64,000 nt of DNA, taken from NCBI GenBank assembly GCA_965248695.1, contig CBDFKD010000002.1:3648001-3712000 (forward strand), read 5' to 3'. The notes beneath the pieces were generated by a model that saw only the letters and a list, made by a program, of their open reading frames with translations, was not told where the DNA came from and did not search any database. A program made the translations under genes and the position numbers. Below, piece by piece: positions 10,128 through 19,500 of the stretch (position 1 is its first letter; every line of letters starts with the position of its first letter). Source of the DNA: Acidobacteriota bacterium (GTDB lineage Bacteria > Acidobacteriota > UBA890 > WLXD01).

Positions 10128-11322
10128 GAGGATCTGTACCGTTCAGCCGTACTGTCCGCCGGATGCCGATCCGGCGCCGTCAGATTACCTCGCTCGATAC
10201 CCGCTGCTGCGGTACTTGCCTCGGGAGCTGGTCGGACTCGGCCACCACGTCGACGTGGTTGTGGAGCATATGCGCGATGCGCGTCACGACGAGCACAGTG
10301 TCAGCTACCACATGGTCGCGGAGCGTCATGCGGCAGCGATGGTGGGCAGTGCTCTGGCACGGATGGCCGGAATGCCGTCGGCGCACTGGGTTCCTGCCCG
10401 CTCGACCATCGCGCGGGTGGTGCAGTTGCGACCCGATGTGGTTCATGTCCACGGCATGGTTCCGCACGTCAACCTGGTGCTGCTGGAGCGGACGCTGAGG
10501 CGCCACGGAATTCCGTGGGTAGCGCAGCACCACGGCGGCCAGCCAGCGCGCCGCTGGTGGGCGCGGCGGTTGCAGAAACGCTGGATGGGAGCACCGTCGG
10601 CGCTCGTGTTCACTTCCCGAGAGCACGCTCGGCCCTACGTCGATGCCGACCTGTTGCCGGATGGTCTGGGGAGGGTCGTCGAGGTAGTCGAGACCTCGAG
10701 CGCGCTGCGTCGACAGGATCCCCAGTCCGCCCGGCAGCGCACGGGATTCGACGGCGAACCGGTGCTGTTGTCGGTGGCGAGGCTGCATCCGGTCAAGGAT
10801 CCGCTGACCATGCTCCGCGGCGTCGAGGTGATCCTCGACGCGTTGCCGAGCGCTCAGCTGCACTGTGTCTATCGGAGCGCTGAGTTGCTCCAAGAGGTCG
10901 CCGACTTCCTGCAAGCAAGGCCCCGCATGGCGGCGCGTACGACGCTGCACGGAGAGGCGGCCACGGCGCAGATGGAGGCGATCTACAGCAGCGCTGATTT
11001 CCTCGTTCAGGCCAGCCAACGAGAGTTCAGCGGCTGTGCCGTGCTCGAGGCGATGTCGTGCAGCGTGATCCCGGTGATCAGCGACATTCCGGCTTCCCGC
11101 GCCATCCTCGGTGACGATCTGGACCGGCTGCTGTTCGAGGTCGGAGACTCGGTAGCGCTGGCGCGGCAGCTACTGGCCGTATGGGCGGAGGGTGCCGTAG
11201 AGGTCGCCCGACGGGTGACCGAGCGGTTCGACGACCATCTCAGCTTTGCGGCTATGGCGAAACGGCTGGCGGCGCTGTACGCGTGCATCCTCAGTCAGCG
11301 ACGTTCCAGCTCCAGCAAGTAG
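10126..11322 (+). CDS. Glycosyltransferase family 4
   Basis: DVVHVHG, VARLHPVKD, SQREFSGCAVLEAMSC. Confidence 0.88.
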   Translation: MRICTVQPYCPPDADPAPSDYLARYPLLRYLPRELVGLGHHVDVVVEHMRDARHDEHSVSYHMVAERHAAAMVGSALARMAGMPSAHWVPARSTIARVVQLRPDVVHVHGMVPHVNLVLLERTLRRHGIPWVAQHHGGQPARRWWARRLQKRWMGAPSALVFTSREHARPYVDADLLPDGLGRVVEVVETSSALRRQDPQSARQRTGFDGEPVLLSVARLHPVKDPLTMLRGVEVILDALPSAQLHCVYRSAELLQEVADFLQARPRMAARTTLHGEAATAQMEAIYSSADFLVQASQREFSGCAVLEAMSCSVIPVISDIPASRAILGDDLDRLLFEVGDSVALARQLLAVWAEGAVEVARRVTERFDDHLSFAAMAKRLAALYACILSQRRSSSSK

Positions 11323-12134
11323 TGGTCGCTCAGCCAGCTAGCCGGGGGCAGGTGTGCGATGCGGTCCTCCCAGCGGCGCAGACGGTCAAACAGGATCCGG
11401 TGCCGATCGACGAGGTACGCCAGCTGCGACGGCGGTAGCAGCACTCCGATGGCGCGGGCACCGATGGGCCGAAACCAGGGCTCCAGCTCACGCCGTAGGC
11501 GCCGCTGGGTGGGGTAGTCGAGGGCCAGCGGGCGACCCCCGACGACCGCCCGCGTGCGCCCACGCAACCTCCGGCAGGCGCTCGGCAAGCGGCCACGGAG
11601 CGCGAACGAAGCGATCTCCCAGGCGCAGACTGGCCCCATCACCACCACCGTGAGGCGGGCGCCGGGGCGCAGCACGCCGGCGACGGCGGCGGCAAGGGTG
11701 GGGCGCGAGGCGACGCAGTTGAGGGCGCCGAAGTTCGACAAGCAGCCGTCGAACAGCTCGTGGTCGGCGGAGTCGTGGCCCACCAGCGCGTCACGCAGGT
11801 CTGGGGCGCTCGCATCGAGATCGATTCGCTGTAGACGGACGCTGTCGGCGACACCGGCACTGTGCAGCTTGCGCGCTGCCTCCGACAGCATCGCTTCGGA
11901 GCCGTCCAGCCCCACCACGCGCACGCCGCGCTGCGCCAGCCAGAGGGCGTCCTCGCCAGTGCCGCAGCCTAGCTCGACGACTCGATCACCGGCGGTGTAC
12001 CGGTGCAGCCGGCGATGCACCGCCTGACGCAACCAGCGTCCGAGCGTTCGGTGGCTGAACGTTCGATCGTAGTCGGCGGCGATGGCGTCGAAGGCGGCGG
12101 CAGCCGCATCAATCGAGGCCGGCGCCAGCGTCAT
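11295..12134 (-). CDS. Class I SAM-dependent methyltransferase
   Basis: VELGCGTGED, GLDGSEAML, FDGCLSNFGALNC, LRPGA. Confidence 0.9.
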   Translation of the reverse strand: MTLAPASIDAAAAAFDAIAADYDRTFSHRTLGRWLRQAVHRRLHRYTAGDRVVELGCGTGEDALWLAQRGVRVVGLDGSEAMLSEAARKLHSAGVADSVRLQRIDLDASAPDLRDALVGHDSADHELFDGCLSNFGALNCVASRPTLAAAVAGVLRPGARLTVVVMGPVCAWEIASFALRGRLPSACRRLRGRTRAVVGGRPLALDYPTQRRLRRELEPWFRPIGARAIGVLLPPSQLAYLVDRHRILFDRLRRWEDRIAHLPPASWLSDHYLLELERR

Positions 12135-13591
12135 GGTGTCGGGTCGCCCTGACGCTGGTGGCGTAGCAGGCGCATGCCGAGACGGCCTGCGTGGGCGTTG
12201 ACGGTGGCCCGGGCGAGTCGCCGATAGTCGCGCCGTCCGCTCTCCTGCATGCGGGCGCGCTCGAGCTCGTTGACCATCCAGCGGTTGGCGAAGCGATAGA
12301 ACCGGTCGGAGTGCCTACCGCGTACCGAGATGTCGCGGTCGGTGCCGTGCGCCCAGGAGCGCGGGGGAATCAGCCGATCCTCGACCCGCTGATAGTAGCC
12401 GGTGCCCTTGATCGGATAGGCAACCGTGGTGACGAAACGGTTTGGCCGCGCGCGTTTCAGGAACGCGACGGTCGCCTCTATGTCCGCCAGATCCTCGCCG
12501 TCGTAGCCCAGCATGATGAACAGCCCGGCCTCGATTCCGTGTTGCTGGAGCTCGCGGACGATCTGCTCGACCCTCTGCGCGTCGGTCTGACGTTGCATGG
12601 CGTCGAGAACCCGCTGCGACCCGCTCTCGGCGCCGACCCACAAGCGCTTGCAGCCCATCGATGCAAGCCGTTCGATGGTCCGGGTATCGAGGCGATCCTC
12701 GCGCGAGATGGTCTCGAACGGGATGCGCAGCCCACGACGCTCGAGCTCGTCGCCATACTCGTGCAACCAGCGATGGTTGATGGTGAACACATCATCTGCG
12801 TACCAGACCTGGTCGGGCCGATAACGGCTCACGATCTGTTCGAGCTCGTCGGCGACGCGGCCTGCCGACCGCCGCCGGTGGGAGAAACCGAACACGCTGT
12901 GGCTGCACCAGTTGCACTTGTAAGGGCAGCCGCGAGCGGTGATCAGCGACACCGATCCGGCACCGTGGTGTTGTCGCCAGACGTCGACGTAGCGGTCGAT
13001 ATCGATCGCCTCGCGGTCCGGGTCGGGAAGCGTGTCCAGGTCGCTGATCTGAGAGCGAGGCCGCGTGCGAATCAGCTCCAAGGTGCCGGTACTCGCCGCC
13101 GTCGCGTCCTCTGCGTCCAACATGTGGTTGGCGGCGCTACTCGGGCGGCAGATGATCCCGTCGATGGCGCCAAGATCGGACACCCCGTGCTGTAGAAGGT
13201 GCGGTACCAGCTCGGCCATGGTGAGCTCGCCCTCCCCTTCGACGACGATGTCGGCACCGGCGCTCAGGTACTCGTCCGCGTAGCCCGACGGCTCCGGTCC
13301 ACCAACCACGATCATGGCGCCGATCTCGCGACAGTCGGCGATCGTGCGCAGGGCGCCGCTGCGCGTCATCAGGTTGACGTAGATCCCGACGACGGCGGGG
13401 CGCGTGCGGCGCAGGTAGTCGCGAAAATCGCCCCGGGTGCTGAACGTGGTGTCGAAGACGGCGACATCGGTGCCGCATGCCTTCAGGTGAGCGCAGATGT
13501 AGAGCAGCCCCAGCGGTGGATACGGGCGCATGATCTGCTGCTCGTGGGTATCCTCGGCGAGGAAATAGGCGTGGGTGAGGAGTAGGTCCAT
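12131..13591 (-). CDS. B12-binding radical SAM protein
   Basis: PYPPLGLLY, VGGPE, EGEGE, RGCPYKCNWC, GAESGSQ. Confidence 0.9.
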   Translation of the reverse strand: MDLLLTHAYFLAEDTHEQQIMRPYPPLGLLYICAHLKACGTDVAVFDTTFSTRGDFRDYLRRTRPAVVGIYVNLMTRSGALRTIADCREIGAMIVVGGPEPSGYADEYLSAGADIVVEGEGELTMAELVPHLLQHGVSDLGAIDGIICRPSSAANHMLDAEDATAASTGTLELIRTRPRSQISDLDTLPDPDREAIDIDRYVDVWRQHHGAGSVSLITARGCPYKCNWCSHSVFGFSHRRRSAGRVADELEQIVSRYRPDQVWYADDVFTINHRWLHEYGDELERRGLRIPFETISREDRLDTRTIERLASMGCKRLWVGAESGSQRVLDAMQRQTDAQRVEQIVRELQQHGIEAGLFIMLGYDGEDLADIEATVAFLKRARPNRFVTTVAYPIKGTGYYQRVEDRLIPPRSWAHGTDRDISVRGRHSDRFYRFANRWMVNELERARMQESGRRDYRRLARATVNAHAGRLGMRLLRHQRQGDPTP

Positions 13592-13593
13592 GG

Positions 13594-13920
13594 TCAGGAC
13601 AGCTGCGGTGAAGGCGCTAGATGCTCGATCACGAGCTTCTCCACCGGTAGGGCGAAGAAGTCGTGCCGGCAGCGCCAGCGGGCCAGTTGAGCGAGCGGTC
13701 GCTTGAGCAACCGATCCGGGCCGCCGGCAAAGCGGTTGTAGAACTTGAAGCGCTCGACATGACGGAACATCTCCGCGCTCACCCACGGTCCCGCCGAGCC
13801 GATGCGCACCGCGTAACGGTCCGAATCGAGTGCCGAGCCGACGGCCAGCAGGCCGAGCGGCATGGTGTAGAAGACCGACTGCGGATTGTAGAGAACGACT
13901 TTGCGACGCATCCGCCTCAA
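13594..13920 (-). pseudogene. Internally deleted (in-frame) B12-binding radical SAM gene
   Basis: N-terminus KVVLYNP...MPLGLLAVGS typical of B12-rSAM, joined at ~13800 to a C-terminal-type tail; no CxxxCxxC; 108 aa versus ~490-530 aa neighbours. Confidence 0.65.
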
Positions 13921-15518
13921 ACTCCAGAGGCCGGGGTAGCGGCCTTGTCGCGACCCCGAGGGCTGGTTGCGGCGGGTCGGTCGCGACGTTGAGGAGTAGG
14001 GTTGGCGGCCTCGTCGCGATCGAGGGGCGGTGGCGCCAGGCGCGAGCTCGGCACCGAACGCTGCAGTCGCGTCAGCCGCGCGCTCTCGACCGGCAGGCGC
14101 AGCGAGTGCGCCACGGCGACGGCGACGTTGCGTAGACGGCGCAGTGGGGTCGAGGATGCCCCGCGTAGCCGGCCGCTGGCCGCCGCGGTCGCCCGGTTGC
14201 GGCGGAACTCGAGCTGCACGACGCGGTGTAGCTGGCGGTAGAACGCAGCGCTGTAGGTTCCGGCGTAGAGCATTGCCAGGTCGTCGGAGTCGACCCAGTT
14301 GTGTTGCTCACCGAGCTGATCGCGGACGCGGTCGTGGAACTTCGTTCCCGGCAACGGGTACGAGACGGAGATGCCGATCTCGTCCGGTGCGCAGCGTTGC
14401 ACCAGCTGCCGGGTCTGGTTGATCTGATCCCGTGTCTCACCCGGGTAGCCGAACTGCAGGAACAGTCCCACACGCACGCCTGCCTGTCGGAGCCTGTCGC
14501 TCGCCTGCTCGATCTGCTCCACCGTGGTGCCCTTTTCCATCGCGTCGAGAATCTCCTGGGCACCCGACTCGGCGCCGATCCAGACCGTGTCGCAGCCGGA
14601 GCGGTGTAGCGCATCGATCTCGCCCCTGCGCAGCAGCAGGTCGGCGCGGCTGAGGCACTTGTACGGCACCCGGACTCCGGCGGCTGCCAGGCAGTCGGCG
14701 AACTGCGCCACCCATCCCGGCTGCAGTCCCATGATGTCGTCGGCGAAGTCGATGTGCTCGACGCCGTGGCGCTCAACCACCTCTGCCATCTCGTCGACGA
14801 CGTGCTGCGGGCTGCGGCTATGGTAGGCCTGTCCCCAGATGGGCTTGGCGCACCAGTTGCAATGAAACGGACAGCCGCGCGTCGTGGCCAGGTTGAGCGA
14901 GAAGGCGCCGTGTCGATCACGCCAGATCGCCGCGTAGCGTTGCATGTCGACCAGGTCTCGGGCCGGGGTCGGCAGGGTATCGAGGTCGGTCAGCAACGAC
15001 CGACCACCGGTGTCGCAGAGGACTCCGTCCACCGACAGATAGCGCAGGCCGGCGATCGACTCGGGCGTCACGCTGCTCCGTCCGGTGCGGGCGGCCAGCA
15101 GGTCGACCAGGGTCGCCTCGCCCTCGCCGATGAGGACGTAGTCTGCCCCCTGCTCGAGGTACTGACGCGAGTGGTCGGTAGCATCGGAGCCGCACACGAT
15201 GATCTCGCAGTGCCGCGCCTTCGCCATCGCGATCATGCGGAAGGCGGCCTCGCGCATGCGCAACAGGCACATCTTCGACAGGTAGTTGAAGTTGTCCTCG
15301 AACAGAACGGCGAAGCGCGGTCGGGACTGTAGTAGCGCCGTGTCCCATTCGTCCTCCGACTCGGCCAGCATGGCGTCGAACAGCTGCACCGAATGACCCT
15401 GCTGACGCACGCAGGCCGCAGCCCAGAGCGATCCGAGCGGCGGGTACGGGCGCATGGCGCGATGTAGCTTGGGGTCGAAGCGCAGGTAGTACGACTGTCC
15501 GAACAGAACGACGCTCAC
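13917..15518 (-). CDS. B12-binding radical SAM protein
   Basis: PYPPLGSL, IGEGE, RGCPFHCNWC, GAESGAQ, YPLPGT. Confidence 0.9.
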   Translation of the reverse strand: MSVVLFGQSYYLRFDPKLHRAMRPYPPLGSLWAAACVRQQGHSVQLFDAMLAESEDEWDTALLQSRPRFAVLFEDNFNYLSKMCLLRMREAAFRMIAMAKARHCEIIVCGSDATDHSRQYLEQGADYVLIGEGEATLVDLLAARTGRSSVTPESIAGLRYLSVDGVLCDTGGRSLLTDLDTLPTPARDLVDMQRYAAIWRDRHGAFSLNLATTRGCPFHCNWCAKPIWGQAYHSRSPQHVVDEMAEVVERHGVEHIDFADDIMGLQPGWVAQFADCLAAAGVRVPYKCLSRADLLLRRGEIDALHRSGCDTVWIGAESGAQEILDAMEKGTTVEQIEQASDRLRQAGVRVGLFLQFGYPGETRDQINQTRQLVQRCAPDEIGISVSYPLPGTKFHDRVRDQLGEQHNWVDSDDLAMLYAGTYSAAFYRQLHRVVQLEFRRNRATAAASGRLRGASSTPLRRLRNVAVAVAHSLRLPVESARLTRLQRSVPSSRLAPPPLDRDEAANPTPQRRDRPAATSPRGRDKAATPASGV

Positions 15519-16696
15519 CGGTCGACTCCGTAGCGTGTCTCGAACTGCTGCTCATACAACTGCGGCGGGCGCTCGCTGTGTGCCGGCTCGGCTCCGGCGC
15601 TGACGCTGCCACCAGGGAACAGGCGTTCGACCGCGGCGAGCGCATTCCTCTCGCCGACAACGGCCGCCAGCCGCGCCGCGAGCCGCGTCCGGACGATGGA
15701 TCTGTAGCCGCCGCCGACCACGAGCTGACGGTCGCGTCGGTAGGTGTGGCGAAGCTGTTGCAGCGTCACACCGCGTGGCCGTAGTCGTAGCGCGTAGTAG
15801 CGCAGCAATGTGCTGTATGCGGCACGATCAATCGCCCCCCCGATGCGGCCACCGAACAGGCGCTCGATGCCGGCAGCCAGGCGACTCTGGCTGCTGCAGT
15901 ACGGCTCGGTGGCGCCATCGCTGACGTCAGTTTCGGCGCGGGCGCTGGCTCGGCTGTCGGCATCCGCCCTGTCGCCGAGCCCCGCCCGGGGCCGGTTTTC
16001 GGCCGCGCGTGCATTGGGAAGTAGCTCATCCAGCCAGGTGTTGGCAGCGACGAACTCGTCGTAGACGGCTTCGCCGGCAAGCGGCACCGACTGGACGATC
16101 TCGTGAGCCGTGTAGAGATCACGCTCCTCGAGAGACAGGCTCGCCTGCGACAGGAAGAAGTTGGGGCACACCCGCTGGCGTGCGAAGCGCGGCAACCGGC
16201 GCAACAGCATCGCCGCCACCTGAACCCACCAAAGCCGGCCGGGGGCGGCGATGCAGAAGATGTCGATGTCACCGTCTCCGTCGGTGTTGTCGACCGCCAG
16301 CGAGCCACAGACGGCGACCATGCGAACGAACGGATATCGTCTTAGCGCGGCGGCATACTGGCGGGCGACCGCCCAGCGGGGCGCGCTCGCCCGTAGGCGC
16401 GCTAGCCGAGTCTCGACCGTGTGCTGGCGTCCGCTCAGGCAGATGTATTCGCCGCACCGTTCGAGGTGATCCCCGGTCAACCGGTCGATCGCCACGGCCA
16501 CCGCGCTCTGGTCAGCCGCTGCGCCAGCCAGATAGCGATGCACCTCTGGCTCGGTGAGCGGGTAGTCGAACAAGTCGGCGTAGGTGATGGTCGCCATCAC
16601 GTCGCGTTCGATGGCCGCCAGCCGGCCTGCAGAAGATGCAGCGAAGCGGTTAGCAGCGGCGGTGTCGGTCGCAGGGATGACGACGCGCGAGCTCAC
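15515..16696 (-). CDS. Pol-beta-like nucleotidyltransferase-domain protein
   Basis: VAVCGSLA...DGDIDIF (GS..DxD); N-terminal YADLFDYPLT; RDLYTAHEI. Confidence 0.7.
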   Translation of the reverse strand: MSSRVVIPATDTAAANRFAASSAGRLAAIERDVMATITYADLFDYPLTEPEVHRYLAGAAADQSAVAVAIDRLTGDHLERCGEYICLSGRQHTVETRLARLRASAPRWAVARQYAAALRRYPFVRMVAVCGSLAVDNTDGDGDIDIFCIAAPGRLWWVQVAAMLLRRLPRFARQRVCPNFFLSQASLSLEERDLYTAHEIVQSVPLAGEAVYDEFVAANTWLDELLPNARAAENRPRAGLGDRADADSRASARAETDVSDGATEPYCSSQSRLAAGIERLFGGRIGGAIDRAAYSTLLRYYALRLRPRGVTLQQLRHTYRRDRQLVVGGGYRSIVRTRLAARLAAVVGERNALAAVERLFPGGSVSAGAEPAHSERPPQLYEQQFETRYGVDR

Positions 16697-17787
16697 AGGA
16701 CCTCACCGTAGGCTTCAAGCGTCTCGTCGACCATCCGTTTCGCCGCGTAGGTCGTGCGCGCGCGGTGCGCTGCGGCCGTTCCCATACGCTGCCTGAGCGC
16801 AGCATTTGCCAACAACGTGCCGAGCCCCTCGACGAGCGCATCCCGATCATCGGGGGCGACCACCAGTCCGGTAATCCCATGGGCGTTCACCTCGCTCGTG
16901 CCGGTGTTCAGCTCGGTGCTCACCACCGGCGTGCCGGCGGCCATCGCCTCGACCAGGGTTATGCCGAAGGCCTCGCTGCGCAGCGTTGACGGGAGCACGA
17001 CGACGTCGGCGCGTGCGTAGTAGCCGGGCAACGCTTCGTCGGTGACCTGATCGAGGATGCGGATGCGGTCGCGCGCCGGAGAGCGCTCGATCTGCCGCTC
17101 CAGCCGGCGACGTTCGGGGCCGTCGCCCACCAGCAGCAGGCCGGCCGCGAGATGCTCCATGGCGTCGACCAGAACGGCCAGTCCCTTGTAGTGGCGGAAC
17201 CGCCCGACGAAGAGAATGATCGGCCCCTCTATGCCACTCGGCGCGCTGCCACCATTTTCCGCGCTGGCGAACCTCTCGATATCAACGCCCAGCGGCACGA
17301 CCCGGCACTTGTCCCTGACCCGACCCAGCGTCCGTGAGCTCCGCAGGTATGAGTTGCTGGTCGCGAGCACGCACCCGACATTGCGCAGGAATCGCCGTCG
17401 CAGCGGCCCGAGGAGCTTTGCCCAGGCGCGCTGCCGAACGACGTCGCTGCGGTAGGTAACGACGCAGGGGCGTCCACCACCAACCGTAAGCTCACCGAGC
17501 TCGGCCACCGGGTAGGGCATGTGCACATGCACCAGGTCGGCGCGCTCGCGTCGCAGCTGTCGTACCAGCCGCAGGCTGATGGGCGTCGAGGCGATCTCTC
17601 CGAGTCGGCCGGCGCGCACCACTCGGACACCGTGCTCGTTTCGTACCGACGTGCGCCAGTTGGGCGAGGTCGTTAGCACCGTGACCTCGAGGCCGCGCCG
17701 CGCCTGCTCCTCGGCCAGCAGGCGTACGTGACCCTCGACGCCGCCGATCACCGGAGGGTAGTCCTTGTAAACGTGGAGTATGCGCAC
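16693..17787 (-). CDS. Glycosyltransferase family 4
   Basis: MRILHVYKDYPP..GG, FVGRFRHYKG, SEAFGITLVEAMAAG. Confidence 0.92.
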   Translation of the reverse strand: MRILHVYKDYPPVIGGVEGHVRLLAEEQARRGLEVTVLTTSPNWRTSVRNEHGVRVVRAGRLGEIASTPISLRLVRQLRRERADLVHVHMPYPVAELGELTVGGGRPCVVTYRSDVVRQRAWAKLLGPLRRRFLRNVGCVLATSNSYLRSSRTLGRVRDKCRVVPLGVDIERFASAENGGSAPSGIEGPIILFVGRFRHYKGLAVLVDAMEHLAAGLLLVGDGPERRRLERQIERSPARDRIRILDQVTDEALPGYYARADVVVLPSTLRSEAFGITLVEAMAAGTPVVSTELNTGTSEVNAHGITGLVVAPDDRDALVEGLGTLLANAALRQRMGTAAAHRARTTYAAKRMVDETLEAYGEVL

Positions 17788-17912
17788 CGGTTGATTTTAG
17801 GGGGTCGAGGTGCGCGAAAGTGAGGGGTTTTGAGCCTTTCTTGGCACCAACTTGGCACCAGCTCACATCCGGCGACAAGACGGGAGGTGCCGGGTGAGCA
17901 GGAGGGTGGCTG

Positions 17913-18206
17913 GTGAGAGCCGGCGATCTGTGGGCGACGCCGCAGTGGTTGTTCGACCGCTTGGACGTGGTGTTGAGCTTCGAGCTCGACGCTGCCGCCG
18001 ACGAAACGAACGCCAAGTGCGAGGCGTATCACCCGGAACCTCCGAGCTTTTTCCGTGAGCGGCCGCCGTGGTGGTCGCCGCAGCCATCCTTGCCAACCGC
18101 GGCTCCACAAGTAGCGACTCGGATTGAAGCTCACGCCCAGCACCCGGATAGCCCACCTCGATGGCGCGTAGCCGAGGTGGCCGAGGTGGAGCCGCGCGAA
18201 GTCTAG
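17913..18206 (+). pseudogene. Fragment resembling the N-terminus of a phage DNA N6-adenine methyltransferase
   Basis: DLWATPQWLFDRL...FELDAAA..NAKC; catalytic NPPY absent. Confidence 0.55.
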
Positions 18207-18311
18207 GCGCATAGTCCGGTGGGGAAAGCGCGGCGTCGTTGTATCCTCCAACCGTCTCGCCTCGATCGGGTACTTGGAGGCGATGCGGAGCATGCAGGAG
18301 GGAGGACGGCC

Positions 18312-18383
18312 ATGATCAAGAAGTTGCTCGCGATCTTGCGCAGCGTCGGTAGGGTGTTCGTGGACTACGCGAAGAGCACCTGA
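18312..18383 (+). CDS. 23-aa amphipathic peptide (putative)
   Basis: GGAGG 6 nt before ATG; MIKKLLAILRSVGRVFVDYAKST. Confidence 0.4.
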   Translation: MIKKLLAILRSVGRVFVDYAKST

Positions 18384-18591
18384 AAGTGACTGGCGCGTTG
18401 CCGCGCTCCGTCCGACGCAGTGCTGAAGCCGTCAGTCACGCTGCGGCCGAGCACGACTAGTTCTTCCGATCGGATCAGCCCTCGGCGCGCATCCGCGCCA
18501 CCTCGGCCTCGGCAGCGATGTTTCCGCCCCTACAACGCCTTGTCTCTCATCTCTTAGACTGGAAAGGTTCATTGCTATTTCGACAACTGTG

Positions 18592-18621
18592 CTTGACATT
18601 TCTTATGTCAAGTTCTATTGT
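18592..18621 (+). promoter_or_regulatory. Sigma70-type promoter overlapped by a palindromic operator
   Basis: TTGACA-17nt-TATTGT; perfect inverted repeat CTTGACAT-N5-ATGTCAAG. Confidence 0.75.
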
Positions 18622-18644
18622 CCTGTCGTCAAGGAGATAAGACT

Positions 18645-19082
18645 ATGGAAGAAACGATGTTGAGACGGGTTTGGAGATTCTACAGTGGGGGCGGGCTCAC
18701 CGAGCGCGATCGCCGGAGCTCGCGGAAGGTGAACCTCTGGGCCCTGGTGTGGATGTCGTGCTGGGTGGGGGTGGGCCTGCTGATCAGCAGAGAGCTCGTG
18801 CCCCCCGGCGCGGCCTCCTATGCTGCGGTGCTTGTTACGACCGCGCTCGGGGTGGGGACTCTCCTGGCCTACGTCAAGTTCCTGCGCGAGGCCGAAGAGC
18901 TAGAGCGCAAGATCCAGCTCGATGCTCTGGCGCTGGGTTTCGGCGTCGGCCTCGTCGCGATCGTCTTGTGGTCAATGCTCGCGGAACTCGGAGCCGTTGA
19001 GGGCGACCCCGCGCATCTCCTATTCTTCATGATGTTCCCATACTGCCTGGGCCTCTGGCTCGGGTTCCGGCGCTACAGTTGA
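18645..19082 (+). CDS. 4-TM membrane protein coupled to an XRE regulator
   Basis: AAGGAG RBS; four hydrophobic helices; EELERKIQLDALA. Confidence 0.8.
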   Translation: MEETMLRRVWRFYSGGGLTERDRRSSRKVNLWALVWMSCWVGVGLLISRELVPPGAASYAAVLVTTALGVGTLLAYVKFLREAEELERKIQLDALALGFGVGLVAIVLWSMLAELGAVEGDPAHLLFFMMFPYCLGLWLGFRRYS

Positions 19083-19276
19083 AGAACCGACTCAAGGTGC
19101 TCCGCGCCGAGCGCGACTGGACCCAGGAGCGGCTGGCCCAGGAGCTCGAGGTCTCGCGGCAGACCGTCAACGCCGTCGAGACCGGGCGCTACGACCCGAG
19201 CCTTCCCCTGGCGTTTAAGATCGCCAAGCTCTTCGGCCAGCCGATCGAGGCAGTCTTCCACCCCGACGGCCACTAG
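19079..19276 (+). CDS. Cro/C1 (XRE) HTH transcriptional regulator
   Basis: NRLKVLRAERDWTQERLA..VSRQTVNAVETGRYDPSL. Confidence 0.93.
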   Translation: MKNRLKVLRAERDWTQERLAQELEVSRQTVNAVETGRYDPSLPLAFKIAKLFGQPIEAVFHPDGH

Positions 19277-19500
19277 AGATGGGAAAAGACCGCGAAATGA
19301 AGGCTCTCGTCTATCCCGATATATTCATGTCCTGCTCGCCGACTCCGCTCTGGACACGACAGATCCCGCGCCCCCTTCTGCCCCCATGCGGATCGTCCAC
19401 CGACTCCAGGAAGTCACCAAATTGGCACCAAAACTCCAAACGGGCCAAGCGTGGCAGAGGCTAGCGCGTAGTCCCTGTACACATGCAGCACTCGCATCGG

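Noticed and set aside
12131-15518. Naming the rSAMs hpnP/hpnJ/bchE, or calling a RiPP cluster
   Set aside because: No hopanoid or chlorophyll genes and no precursor peptide nearby; only family-level motifs visible
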